A stretch of DNA of 32,256 bases from Chiloscyllium plagiosum (Eukaryota). The notes beneath the pieces are model-generated. The model was not told where the DNA came from, searched no databases, and worked only from the letters and a program-made list of their open reading frames with translations. The position numbers and the translations under genes were made by a program. Numbering within the stretch: position 1 is the stretch's first letter; each line of letters opens with the position of its first letter. The stretch is from the NCBI RefSeq assembly GCF_004010195.1, contig NC_057720.1:9181593-9213848 (forward strand), written 5' to 3'. Positions 1 through 11,133 of this stretch are shown one piece after another.

Positions 1-248
1 AACTTTTTCATGCAGAGGGTGGTACGTGTATGGAATGAGCTGCCAGAGGATGTGGTGGAGGCTGGTACAATTGCAACATTTAAGAGGCACTTGGATGGGT
101 ATATGAATAGGAAGGGTTTGGAAGGATATGGGCCGGGTGCTGGCAGATGGGACTAGATTGGGTTGGGATATTTGGTCGGCATGGACGGGTTGGACCGAAG
201 GGTCTGTTTCAATGCTGTACATTTGTATGACTCTATGACTCTATGACA
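1..248 (+). mobile_element. CR1/HER1-type LINE 3' end (runs off the window start)
   Basis: Encodes NFFMQRVVRVWNELPEDVVEAGTIATFKRHLDGYMNRKG, the CR1 ORF2 C-terminus, followed by a 3' UTR and a (TATGACTC)n tail. Confidence 0.93.
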
Positions 249-837
249 TCATTGCACAACATCAAAAATCACTCCCGATAACTTTTAATTGAATAACTGA
301 GGGATCTCAGGTAGACTTACTTCATACCTTCACAGGCACAAAGAACTGCATGCCTACTGAGTTTAATGCTGCGTGATACACAGTTTGAGTACAAGACAAC
401 TGGAGGGGATCCCTGCCCACTAGAAAAAGCCCTGACAGATGTTGAGTTGACCTATTTCTGCCTTTAGCTCAACAATAAACTGTGCAACCATTTACAATCC
501 CTCTTAAAGCCATCCAAAATCCAAGCTTTATTAAATGTAATTGTATAGGCTCTGGTGGGATTTGAACTGGTAATTTCTGTATTATAAGATCAGCAATTTA
601 GTTAATAAACCCAAACTGTAGTCTATTTATTAGTTTGTTCTCAACAAATGGATGACAGTGAAAGGACTGGCATCTATTCCTCTGACAAGGTGCTGCAGAC
701 TTCTTCCTTGAATAAGTTTAGTCTGTGCACGAGTGAATGGTCTTGGGTAGGGAATTCTAAGATAAATGACCCAATCATTATAACAGATTGACCATATTGG
801 TCGTTCAGTTTATTCTTGCCCTGGACCATAGTGACAT

Positions 838-1003
838 GAAAACATAGAAACTAGAATAGGAGTAGGCCATTCAGCCCTTCTAGCCTGCTCCACAATTCAA
901 TACGATTATGCCTGAGAATCCAACTCAGGACCAGTTTCTGCCTTCTTACCATACTCTTCCAAACCTCCAGATATTAGAACTGTGTCTAACTCCTTGAAAC
1001 ATG
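838..1003 (-). mobile_element. CR1 LINE 3' end fragment
   Basis: catagaaactagaataggagtaggccattcagccc is the reverse complement of the CR1 3' terminal motif seen repeatedly in this window. Confidence 0.8.
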
Positions 1004-1007
1004 AGCT

Positions 1008-1645
1008 ATGAGTCCCACTCCAGGAACTGAGCATGACAAGCACAGCATTTAGGGTGGCATGGTGGCTCAGTGGTTAGCAGTGCTGCCTCACAATGCCAGG
1101 GATGCAGGTTTGAATTCAACATTGGGCAAATATTTATGTGGAGTTTGCACGTTCTCCCCGTGTCTGCGTGGATTTTATCTGGGTACTCCAGTTTCCTCCC
1201 ACAGTACAAAGATGTGCAGGTTAGGTGGATTGGTCACAGTCTCCAGGGATATTATGGTTGGTGGATTAGCTGTGGGGATTACAAGGCTACAAGGCTGGTG
1301 TAGGCCGGTGCGTCTGGACGAGATGCTCTTTGGAGGGTCAGTGTGGTCTCAAGAGGGAGTGTTGCACTGTCGGTGGTGCTCCATTTCTCGATGAGATGTT
1401 AAGCCAAAAGCTCATCTCCAGTCTCAGGTGGCAGTATGGTGAAGAGGAGCAGGGGAGTGACTCCGAGCCACTACCTCCCTTCAATTATTACTTGGCTATT
1501 GCCACAGTGCAGCATGTAGGAGCTTCCTATGTGCAAATCGACCATCGAGTTTTCCAAAAGACAAATGTTTCTGCACTTACAAAGGATTTCATTTGCCGTA
1601 AAATGCAAAGCCCAGTGTTGCTAAGCGGTGTTATATAAATGCAAG
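1008..1645 (+). mobile_element. SacSINE1-like DeuSINE interrupted by an HE1 SINE
   Basis: 5' part gagtcccactccaggaactgagca (1010-1033). It resumes near 1352 with gagggagtgttgcactgtcggtggtgc...gatgagatgttaagcc...gaagaggagcaggggagt (Deu-domain-like) and ends tatataaatgcaag. Confidence 0.75.
1052..1347 (+). mobile_element. HE1-type tRNA-derived V-SINE
   Basis: Pol III A box TGGCTCAGTGG (1063-1073), B box GGTTTGAATTC (1107-1117) and V-domain tgtggagtttgcacgttctccccgtgtctgcgtgg. Confidence 0.9.
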
Positions 1646-1694
1646 GCCTCTTTTATGCTGTAAACACATCTGAGAATTGCTGCTATGCTTTTTG

Positions 1695-1790
1695 ACAATG
1701 CAGCACACCCTCTGCGCTGTGCTGATGTGTTTGCTTGAATTCTGTGCTCAAAACTACAAAGTGGGACCTAAATCAATGACTGACTCACGG
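1695..1790 (-). mobile_element. SacSINE1-like 5' fragment
   Basis: tgcagcacaccctctgcgctgtgctga...tgtgctcaaaactacaaagtgggacctaaa resembles the reverse complement of the 1008-1370 element. Confidence 0.55.
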
Positions 1791-2299
1791 ATATAAGTGT
1801 TACCCTGTGAAACATGGTTAGTTATGAATAATGTTTTTGAGGAAGAAAGGCCCAGAAGATTATTATGCAGTTTTTCAGTGTTAAATTGCCCACATGTTGG
1901 AATTATGCTGACAACGTTACATTGATTGTCAGGGACATCTGTAGGCACATTGACACAAATATTGTATTGGGAATGAATTGTTACTTGACCCTGATGAACT
2001 GGACCACAAGGAGTGGAATTGTAACTCTTTCTACTCATGGGAACAGGAAGTTAGAAATTGGATATCGAAAGCAAAACCCAAATGGTTCTCCAGAGAGAAG
2101 GGGAGGCTGAGAGAGCAAAGGAAAGAAGCAAGGGGTTGCAGCTGCTGACTTGAATCATAGTTAATGGCGATTAAATCCTTATGTCCAATATAAATAACGC
2201 CAGTTGGAGCATTGCCAAGGAGTATTTGGAAGACCCTGCCCTCCAGCATTTGTGTGAGAAAAAAAATGAACTTTGTTTTTTCTGATATTGACAGATGAA

Positions 2300-2441
2300 T
2301 ATAATTTAGGAGTAGGCCATTCAGCCCTTTTAGCTAACTCCACCATTTAACAAGATCACAGTTGACTAGATTGTAACCTCAAAATCACCCTTCCATTTCT
2401 TCCCGAAAGCCTTTTAAACCTTGGTTATTGAGTACCTATCC
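2300..2441 (-). mobile_element. CR1 LINE 3' end fragment
   Basis: aggagtaggccattcagccc terminal motif plus diverged 3' UTR. Confidence 0.75.
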
Positions 2442-3016
2442 AAAATTCTGAGGGGTGTAGGTAGGATACTCAGGAAGAAATTATTGTCCTTAACGATGGG
2501 CTCAATGTCTGGGGGAGTTGATTTAAGGTATGGGGCAGATGCTTTAGAGGGAAGTTGAGAAATAACATTTTCAAACCAGAGGGAGTTGGGAATCGATGAC
2601 TCACTGCCTGTAAGGGTGGGAGAGGCAGAAACCCTCATAACTTTGAAGAAGTATTTTACTGGGCACTTGTTTTTCAGCACCACTCTGATCTAAACTTGCA
2701 TTGCAAAGACAGTCAAGGTTATGGGTCAAATGCTGGAAAATCTGATTAGACTAGTTAGGCTTTTTTTGATGTGGATCTGAAAGACTTAATCCACGTTTGT
2801 TCAATATATCACTATATGACACTGTAATCATCTGCGATAAATTCTGTATATTCCACAACTACCTGATGAAGGAGCAGCACTCCGAAAGCTGGTGTTTCCA
2901 AATAAATCTGTTGGACTACAACCTGGTGTTGTGTGATTTTTAGCATTTATTTTTGACTGGTGCAGACACAATGGTCAAAGGGGCTTGTTTTGCGCTGTTA
3001 ACCTCAATGACTCTAT
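2442..3016 (+). mobile_element. Diverged CR1 3' region carrying two insertions (2670-2693 and 2770-2948)
   Basis: aaaattctgaggggtgtaggtagg...gaggcagaaaccctcataactttgaagaag, ending atgactctat after the insertion. Confidence 0.75.
2770..2948 (+). mobile_element. Penelope-like 3' end (pLTR) fragment with hammerhead motif
   Basis: CTGATGA-A-GGAG-cagca-CTCC-GAAAG-CT at 2863-2890, then aataaatctgttggactacaacctggtgttgtgtg (same family as 15692-15840). Flanked by tttttga repeats. Confidence 0.7.
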
Positions 3017-3039
3017 AAAAAATATTCATGGGCTCTGGT

Positions 3040-3619
3040 TCCATCAGATGGCGTTTAACCTAGACAGGTGTGAGGTAATGCATTTTGGGAGGTAAACTGC
3101 AAGAGGAAAGAACACAATGAATGGCAGAACCCTTCAGAGCATTGATATACAGTGGGATGTTGGCGCCCGTCCAAAGCTCCTTGAAAGTGATAACACAAGT
3201 GGGTAAGGTGGTAATGAAGGATTGTGGCATGCTTGCCTTCATCTGTTGGGCCATTGAGTATATAAATTGACAAGTCATGTTGCAGCTGTATAAGACTTTA
3301 GTTAGGCTACTTTTGGAGAATCAAATGCAGTTCTGGTTACCACACTATAAGAAGGATGTGGACACTTTGGAGAAAGGGTGCAGTGCATTGCCTGGATTGG
3401 AGTGATTTAGCTGTAACGATGGGAGTAGGTGCCTGGACCATGCTGTCAAGGTAGGTGGTAGAAGCGGATATGATAGCAAATTTTAAGAGGCACTTAGATA
3501 GAGACATAAACAGGCAGGGAATAGTGGACTAAAGATCTTGTGTAAACTGATGGTATTAGTTTAGAATAGAGTGGTGGGCTGAAGGGCCAATTCCTGTGCT
3601 GTACTGTTCTATGTTCTAC
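3040..3619 (+). mobile_element. CR1 LINE 3' portion, internally deleted
   Basis: Decayed RT C-terminal coding sequence (QMAFNLDRCEVMHFG; LQLYKTLVRLLLENQMQFWLPHYKKDVDTLE) and a tgttctatgttcta tail. Confidence 0.9.
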
Positions 3620-3741
3620 CTTTTCAGGAAGAGATTTCCAATCTCTTACTTTATTTTCCCTTCATTCATTCATGAGATGTAGGTGTTGCTGGCTAGGCCA
3701 GCACTAATTGCACAAAGGACAGTAAACAATCAACCACATTG

Positions 3742-4287
3742 AACAAAGAACAAAGAACTTTATAGCACAGGAACAAGCCCTTCGCGCCCCCCACCCCAAG
3801 CCTGCACCAATCCAGATCCTCTATCTAAACCTGCCACCTATTTTCTAAGGATCTGTATCCTTTTGCTCCCTGCCCATTCCTGTAACTGTCTAGATACATC
3901 TTAAATGACAGTGCCCTACCACTTCCACTGGCAATTCATTCTGGGCACCCACAACCCTTTGCATGAAGAACTTTCCATGTATATCTCCCCTAAATGTTTT
4001 CCCTCTCAGTTTGAACTCGTGACCCCTAGCAATTGAGTCCTCCACTCTGGGAAAACGTTTCTTGTTATCCACCCTGTCTATACCTCTCATGATTTTATAG
4101 GCCTTCATCAGGTTCCCCTCAACCTCCTTCTTTTCAATGAAAATAATCCTAATCTACTCAACCTCTCCTCATAGCTAGCACACTCCATATCAGAAAACAT
4201 CCTGGTGGACCTCCTCTGCATCCTCTCCAAAGCATCCACATCTTTTTGGTAATGTGGTGACCAGAACTGTACATAGTATTCCAAGTA
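3742..4287 (-). mobile_element. 5'-truncated CR1 LINE
   Basis: ORFs give LEYYVQFWSPHYQKDVDALERMQRR and YKIMRGIDRVD...FFMQRVVGAQNELP; aacaaagaacaaagaac tail repeat. Confidence 0.93.
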
Positions 4288-4339
4288 TAATTGCTGTGGA
4301 TCTGAAGTCACATGTAGATCAGACCAGATAAGGATGGCA

Positions 4340-4450
4340 GGAGAAAGTGAGGACTGCAGATGCTGGAGATCAGACCCAATAAGTGTGGCGCTGGAAAAGC
4401 ACAGCCGATCAGGCAGTATCCAAGGAGCAGGAGAATCGACATTTCGGCCA
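4340..4450 (-). mobile_element. Short non-coding Penelope-derived tail element
   Basis: Matches the 29972-30179 family, is truncated inside hammerhead stem II, and has a 7-bp TSD GATGGCA (4333-4339 and 4451-4457). Confidence 0.85.
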
Positions 4451-4704
4451 GATGGCACTTTCCTTCCCTGAAGTTCATTGGTGAACCCGTTGGGTTTTCC
4501 CCCAACAATGGCCATCATTAGACTCTTAAGTCCAGATTTTGTAAAATTCAAATTTCACCATTTTCCAAATCACAATTTGAACGCAGGTCCCCAGAACCTT
4601 ACCTAAATTGCTATGTTAACAATCTAGCGATAATACCTTGAGGCCATCATCTCCTCTTCTTATGACTATAGGGCATTCCAAAATGCTTCATAACCTTAGA
4701 GTAG

Positions 4705-5043
4705 AGTTATAGAATCATAGAGGCATGCCGCATGGAAATAGTCCCTACATTGCAGCCAGTCCACGCCAACCATAATCCAAAATAAACTAGTCGCATCTGC
4801 CTACACTGACCCACATCCCGTCAAACATTTCTTATTCATGTACTGCTCTAAATGTTTTTTAAATGTTGTAATTGTACCCACATCCACCACTTCCTCTGGA
4901 AGTTTATTCCACACATGAGCCACTCTCTGTGGAAAAAAAACTCAAGTCTTTTCTTTAAATCTTTCTCTGCTCACTTTAAAAGTATGCCTTAAAAGTCTTG
5001 AACTCCCCCATCCTAGGGAAAAGACATCTGTCATTCAATTTAC
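4705..5043 (-). mobile_element. CR1 LINE 3' end
   Basis: atagaatcatagag tail; reverse complement of the 1-248 type sequence. Confidence 0.88.
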
Positions 5044-5044
5044 A

Positions 5045-5145
5045 CAAATGATACCTGGATTTCAAGGGTTAAGTTTTGAGGAGACATTATCCAAGTTAGG
5101 CCTGTTAACTCTAGAATTATGAAGTTAAAAGGGGGAATCTGATGG
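5045..5145 (+). mobile_element. CR1 ORF2 fragment
   Basis: MIPGFQGLSFEETLSKLGLLTLEL resembles the CR1 motif MIPGLKGLSYEERLxxLGLxSLE. Confidence 0.7.
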
Positions 5146-5147
5146 AC

Positions 5148-5315
5148 TTTTCCTGACAACAGTGTTATGATCATCATTAGATTCTTAATTGCAGATTTTT
5201 TCTAAATTCAAACCCCACCATCTACCATTGTGGGATTCGAACCTACTTATGCAGAATATTCCCTGGGTCACTGGGTTAACAAGCCAGTGGTAATACCATT
5301 AAGCCATTGCCTCCC
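5148..5315 (-). mobile_element. tRNA-derived SINE head (second family)
   Basis: B box gggattcgaacc (GGTTCGAATCCC on the minus strand); similar to 4490-4655. Confidence 0.75.
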
Positions 5316-5419
5316 CTACACAGTGATAGCTATTGGGACTGATCAGCACAGAACCTTACTGAAACTGCATAACTGGAGGATGCCAATCTTGTTATGGTGG
5401 TGATCTCACCAAACCTACG

Positions 5420-5554
5420 CCCTGTGCAATGTAACCTGGATGCCTCTGTCTAGGTCTTTTTGGTCTGTACATCTATGCTTACTATGATTTGCTCGTAAAC
5501 AAAGATTTTCACTGTACTTCGGTGCAGGAGACAATCAAGCAATCAGTCAATCAA
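5420..5554 (+). mobile_element. Probable Rex/Babar-type LINE 3' end
   Basis: aaacaaagattttcactgtacttcggt...gacaatc followed by a degenerate (aatc)n tail; family assignment from memory. Confidence 0.5.
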
Positions 5555-5989
5555 CCTCCCAGGGCTCAGTTGCGAAGGCAGTTGTTCTGCAAGTTGAAGG
5601 GCAAACTTCTGCACATTCACTTTCTCATCCCCCGCTAACATGGATGGAGCTGAGCTTGAGGAAAGATTAAGGAAGATTGATCAAATGTTTATTGGAAACC
5701 ATTAACATTTTCGCAACTTTGTTAGAGGGATTAATGAAGTAGATTGCTGACAACTGCAACACAACACTGCATATAATTGATCCTACAGTCTTATTCATTC
5801 CACCCCAGGAGATCATTTGTTCTTCACTGTCTCTCGGAGCCTCAAGCTCTCTGTCAGACAAGTAACAAGCTTAAACAACCTGCTAGCTCCAGATAAATAT
5901 CTATTCAAACTTAGAGTCTCACTTATACATTCAAACCCTCTACATGAAACATTTTCCAAACACAATAGACACTTGAATTTAGTACTTAA

Positions 5990-6112
5990 GTATATTCTTA
6001 GGGCTAAAGAGATCGAAGGGATGGGGGAGAAATTGGGAACAGAGAACTGAGTTGTTGGCGGAACAGGCTTGAGGGGCTGAATGGCCTATGGTTCTTCCTA
6101 TTTCCTATGCTT
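5990..6112 (+). mobile_element. CR1 3' end fragment
   Basis: caggcttgaggggctgaatggcctat...tttcctatg terminal motif. Confidence 0.75.
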
Positions 6113-6639
6113 TCATCTTGTTGCTTGGAGTTGGCTATCAGTGCGTACATCTCTCCCCAGAATCAGACAGATTGGCAGCTTTCTGAAACACCTCTTGGTT
6201 GATCTGGTTGGCTCAGATTATTATTTGGACTATCTGTGAGACAGGATATACTCGAACAACTTATGAATCATAGCATTAAGAATCTATCAGGTTACCTCTG
6301 TATCACAGAGGACATTGTGGTTCTCTGGAAAATGAAAATAGACAGGGCACAAGTCTTCATCTGCTCATGGAAGTAACTAGAAAACAAATTTTCAAGCAAT
6401 AATGAGCCAAATCAACTTCTTTGAGTCAACCTGCTCTTCACACCATACTAGACCTGAACCTACTGATATAGATGATGTACAAATGAACGTACACCACAAG
6501 GCAAAATTTACAATGCCATCTAAATGTTGGAACCAAAATCTCTCCTCTGCATTGCAAAGACACAACTTGCATATAACAGGATGATAACCAGCATGTTTTT
6601 CAATCTCTCAAAAAACACTTCACCATCCAGCATGCATGC

Positions 6640-6815
6640 TCGTGGCTCAGTTAGCTGTCCTGCAATACTGAATGGTGCCAATAGCATGGGTTCAACTCCT
6701 ATATTGGCTGGCTTTATTGTAACCATCCTATCTCCCCACACCTGAGGTGTGGTGGCCCTCAGGTGAAACCATCATGAGTCAATTCATTTGAGTGTTGGAC
6801 CATGATGACATTAGC
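6640..6815 (+). mobile_element. tRNA-derived SINE (third family), diverged
   Basis: A-box-like gtggctcagttag and B-box-like ggttcaactcc; cctgaggtgtggtggccctcagg is shared with 26097-26305. Confidence 0.65.
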
Positions 6816-6904
6816 TGTCTTTAATATTCTGATCCATCCAAGGCTTACTACCTTAGAGGTAGATACATCCCAGCCAGGCTTCAGAGGATGTACATTACAG
6901 GATG

Positions 6905-7885
6905 ACAAACAATAGACAATAGGTGCAGGAGTAGGCCATTCTGCCCTTTGAGCCTGCACCACCATTCAATATGATCCCACCATTCAATGTGATCATGGCT
7001 GATCATCCTTAATCAATATCCTGTTCCTGCCTTATCTCCATAACCCTTGATTCCACTATCCTTGAGAGCTCTATCCAACTCTTTCTTAAATGAATCCAGA
7101 GACCGGGCCTCCACTGCCCTCTGGGGCAGAGCATTCCACACAGCCACCACTCTCTGGGTGAAGAAGTTTCTCCTCATCTCTGTCCTAAATGGTCTACCCC
7201 GTACTTTTAAGCTGTGTCCCCTGGTTCGGCACTCACCCATCAACAGAAACATGTTTCCTGCCTCCAGAGTGTCCAATCCTTTAATAATCTTATATATCTC
7301 AATTAGATCCCCTCTCAGTCTTCTAAACTCAAGGGTATACAAGCCCAGTCGCTCCAGTCTTTCAGTGTAAGGTAATCCCGCCATTCCAGCACTTGACCTC
7401 GTGAACCTACGCTGCACTCCCTCATTAGCCAGAATGTCTTTCCTCAAATTTGGAGACCAGAACTGCACACAGTACTCCAGGTGTGGTCTCACCAGGGCCC
7501 TATACAGCTGCAGAAGAACCTCTTTGCTTCTATACTCAATCCCTCTTGTTATGAAGGCCAGCATGCTATTAGCCTTCTTCACTACCTGCTGTACCTGCAT
7601 GCTTACCTTCATTGACTGGTACAAGAACACCCAGATCTCTCTGTACCTTTACCTAAATTGATTCCATTTAGGTAGTAATCCGCCTTCCTGTTCTTGCCAC
7701 CAAAGTGGATAACCATACATTTATCCACATTAAACTGCATCTGCCATGCATCTGACCATTCACCTAACCTGTCCAGGTCACCCTGTAATCTCCTAACATC
7801 CTCCTCACATTTCACCTTGCCACCCAGCTTAGTATCATCAGCAAATTTGCTCATGTTATTACTAATACCATCTTCTATATCATTT
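6905..7885 (-). mobile_element. Young 5'-truncated CR1 LINE with RT C-terminal coding sequence
   Basis: ORFs 7609-7905 (SKFADDTKLGG...LQGDLDRLGEWSDAWQMQFNVDKC) and 7013-7630 (LVRPHLEYCVQFWSP...FFTQRVVAVWNALP) with one frameshift between them; aacaatagacaatag tail. Confidence 0.96.
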
Positions 7886-8139
7886 GGTTCGAAAATCCTC
7901 GTCACAGCTCAGGCAAAACTGTTGCAATATACAAGGAGAATCTCTCAATTTGGTTTTCAGACTATGATTGACTTTTTGACAAGCTCTGCAATGTAAATTG
8001 TCCAAATGATCTGTCAGAAACCTCTCTCTTGTGCACCTTCATGACTACAACTTGCGATGGTCCAAAAGTACAATTTCAAAATGCAGTACAATACGGGCTC
8101 ACCCAATGCTTTTAGCTGACCTGCAAACTCTACCAAGAT

Positions 8140-8340
8140 GTCCAAAGATATGCAAGTTAGGGTGGATTGGCCTTGCTAAATTGTCCATAGTGACCAGGAA
8201 TGTGCAGGCTAGGTGGGTTAGCCCTTGGTTGTGCAGGGTTACAGAGATAGGGCAAGGGGGTGGAATGCTCTTTGGAGATTTGGTGTGGACTCAATGGGCT
8301 GAATGGCCTGCTTCCATACTGCAGGAATTCTAAAAAAAAA
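8140..8340 (+). mobile_element. HE1 SINE, 3' half
   Basis: gtccaaagatatgcaagttagggtggattggcc...gggctgaatggcctgcttcc followed by an A-rich end. Confidence 0.85.
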
Positions 8341-8404
8341 GCATAGATATTTAGGGATATGGTACATTGCTGGAAGGAAAGAGGGGAAATGATACTGGAG
8401 TGTT

Positions 8405-8627
8405 CCCAAAGAGCATGTGGGAAGTTAATAATGTTGAATGAAGGACAAACCAGATGCAATAGGTATGTTTAAGAGGCATTTAAACAGGCACATGAACAGC
8501 CAGGGAATAGAAGGATATGGATCATGTGCAGGCAGATGGGATTAGTTTAGAATGACATCTAAACTAATGGTCAGTGTACACATAAAGGACCACAGGGCCA
8601 GTTCCTACACTGTACTGTTCTATGTTC
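8405..8627 (+). mobile_element. CR1 3' end
   Basis: tttaagaggcatttaaacaggcacatgaac...ctgtactgttctatgttc. Confidence 0.8.
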
Positions 8628-8669
8628 CACGTTCAAAACAAATGAGAGTTTGAGACCTTGCTTTAAAGA

Positions 8670-9535
8670 GGCTGGTGGAGTTGTGGATAGTATGAAGGGC
8701 TATTGTAGGTTGCAACGGGACATTGACAGGATGCAGAGCAGAGCTGAGAAATGGCAGATGAAGTCCGACCTGAAAATCTGTGAAGTGATTCATTTTGGTA
8801 AGTCGAATTTGAATGCAGATTACAGGGTTAAAGACAGGATTCTTGGCAGTGTGGAGGAACAGAGGCATCTTGGTTCCATGCCCTCAAAGTTGCCACCCAA
8901 GTTGATAGGATTGTTAAGAAGGCAGGGGGATTGAGTTTAAGAGCTGCAAGGTTATGCTGCAACTCTATAAAGACCTGGTTAGACCACACTTGGAATATTG
9001 TGTCCAGTTCTGGTCGCCTCACAAGAGGAAGGTTGTGGAAACTTTAGAGCAGCTGCAGAGGAGATTTACCAGAATGTTGCCTTGACTGTAGGGCATGTCT
9101 TATGAAGAAAGGTTGAAGGAGCTAGGGCTTTTCTCATTGGAGCGAAGAAGGATGAGACGCGACTTGTTAGAGGTGTACAAGACGATGAGAGGCATAGACA
9201 GAGTGTATAGCCAGAGACTTTTTCCCAAGGCAGAAATGACTATCATGAGGGGGCATTATTTTAAGGTGATTGGAGAAAGGTTTAGGGGAGATATCAGAGA
9301 TAGTTTCTTTACACAGAGAGTGGTGGGGGCATGGAATGCACTGCCAGCAGTGGTGGTAGAGTCAGATACCTTAGAGACATTTAAGCAACACTTGGATAGG
9401 CACATGGATGATAGTGCAGTACAATGGAGAGTATGTAGGTTAGTCTGATCTTAGAGTGGGATAAAAGGTCAGCACAACATCAAGAGAGGAAGGGTCTGTA
9501 CTGTGCTGTACTGTTCTATATTCTATGTTCTATGT
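8670..9535 (+). mobile_element. 5'-truncated CR1 LINE
   Basis: ORFs 8650-8934 (LQRDIDRMQSRAEKWQM) and 9095-9448 (SYEERLKELGLFSLERRR...FFTQRVVGAWNALP); (ctatgtt)n tail. Confidence 0.95.
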
Positions 9536-10434
9536 AAATCAGTGGGTTTGTGGAATGTTGTACTAGCCCAGTTGATGCAAATTTAATTAGCACGCAGTCA
9601 TTTATTTGTCATTTAAGAGTCCTAATTGGTCGATAGAGCCCATTGCCTTCCCTGGTCATGTCGGTGGATGGGGTGAGGGGTGTGCCAGGGGAATAGTGGG
9701 TAGGTAGAGATCAAAGATGGCACCGCAGACATAGCAGCCAATTTCACACTCCTGCACCTAACATCCTGGGGGCCATCTGTTTGTCAACTCTCTCCCCATT
9801 GATACTACTGTGTGTTCCCAGCATTTTCTGTTTTTAATCCATTACTTGACTCCTTCTGTGTCATGAGGTTCCATTTGAAAGGCACAGAAATAAAAAAATC
9901 TTAACAAGTTCAAAAGACCCAACAGCTCAGGCATTACCATGCACTAACAGAGAATCCTTTCCCCGTTTTCACCAGAGCCCAATGGATTTGACAGGGATCG
10001 CGCAGCATACTGATGGATGCAAACACCCTTAGTTAATGGGTCTCTAAGGCGACATGTGAACACAGGACTTAGGGATAACAGAAGTTTGATGTACGAACTG
10101 TTCTCCCAGGATCCTAATATCAATGTAAATTTGTTCCATGAATGTTCAAATAGACATAGATGCTATCACGGAGGAGCCACCTCAGTCCCATTTTCAATAG
10201 TTGGCCATTATTTCAGCCCGGCGCATACTTAATAAAACCTGTTAACGGTGTTGAAAACTCATCAATCTGCTATGCAAATGTGCCTTCAGCTCAGTAATGT
10301 GTTATGGCACATTTTATGTCACTGACTACTTCATGCAAAAAGATTGCAATGCTCTGAGCTCTTAATTCAACCTGCTTATTATGCATGCCATTTCATAGCC
10401 GGTTAGTATAGCTAAGAACTTTGCTCGGCTGGTT

Positions 10435-10575
10435 AGAGGGACAGTTAATAGTAAACCATGTTACTGTGAGGCAGAAGTCACCTACGCAGGCCTGTTTGGA
10501 CATGGATCACTGCTTTTCTTTGCGAAAGAAAGCCTTTCCTCAAGTGAACCTTGTTACAACAATCCACAGTTTCAT
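10435..10575 (-). mobile_element. Old fragment of the second SINE family
   Basis: gggacagttaatagtaaaccatgttactgtgaggcagaagtcac aligns by eye with 3715-3741 plus 4290-4320. Confidence 0.5.
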
Positions 10576-11115
10576 ACCCACCATGTCTGATCCCAATTCT
10601 TTGACTGAGCCATAGCATGGGATCGTTACAACATTTTTACACTCCCCATACAGATCGATAACTTTGAAGGAGAAATTCAAACTGCAAACAACTGAAAGGG
10701 ACACACAATGAGATTTCACATTGAAAAACTTTTACTGCAACAACAAACTAAAAGCAATATTGTCAAAGAGCTATTTTAGCTAATAGCTGAAATGACAAAG
10801 AAGACTTTCTATTTAACAACTGATAATCACCGTCACAGTTATACTTAATTCTGCTCCTTAATTGGACAGTTCATTCCCCAGGATTCTATCCAGCTCAGCT
10901 CCTTTCTCCTTTTCCAACCAAATTACTTTAACTCCCCAAGCAGACTTTGTTAGTGAGGGATAAATTAGAGATCTCTCTCTTTCATCAAAGCGAGGCAAAT
11001 CTTGCAGCCTTGTTTAACGCTCATGACTATGGTCATTTTAATCTTTGTGGAAGCCCTCACTCATATCCTGTGTGATAAACAATCACGGCTGTTTGGACCT
11101 TGCTGCCCCACCCCC

Positions 11116-11133
11116 CTCTCTCTCTCTCTCTCT
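11116..11133. repeat. (CT)n microsatellite
   Basis: Direct reading: about 9 CT units. Confidence 0.9.

Larger units (their letters stand above)
3650..4655 (-). mobile_element. tRNA-derived SINE (second family) split by two younger insertions
   Basis: Three collinear pieces: 3' end at 3650-3741, middle at 4290-4339 and 5' head at 4451-4655. A second copy at 5148-5315 matches the head. Confidence 0.75.

Noticed and set aside
1052..1125. tRNA-like sequence with A and B boxes
   Set aside because: It is a SINE head followed by a V-domain; no complete cloverleaf is evident.
1059..1394. 111-aa ORF and similar ORFs over HE1 copies (e.g. 16560-16940, 18335-18652, 23614-24039)
   Set aside because: They lie within SINE sequence and recur in each copy; not host genes.
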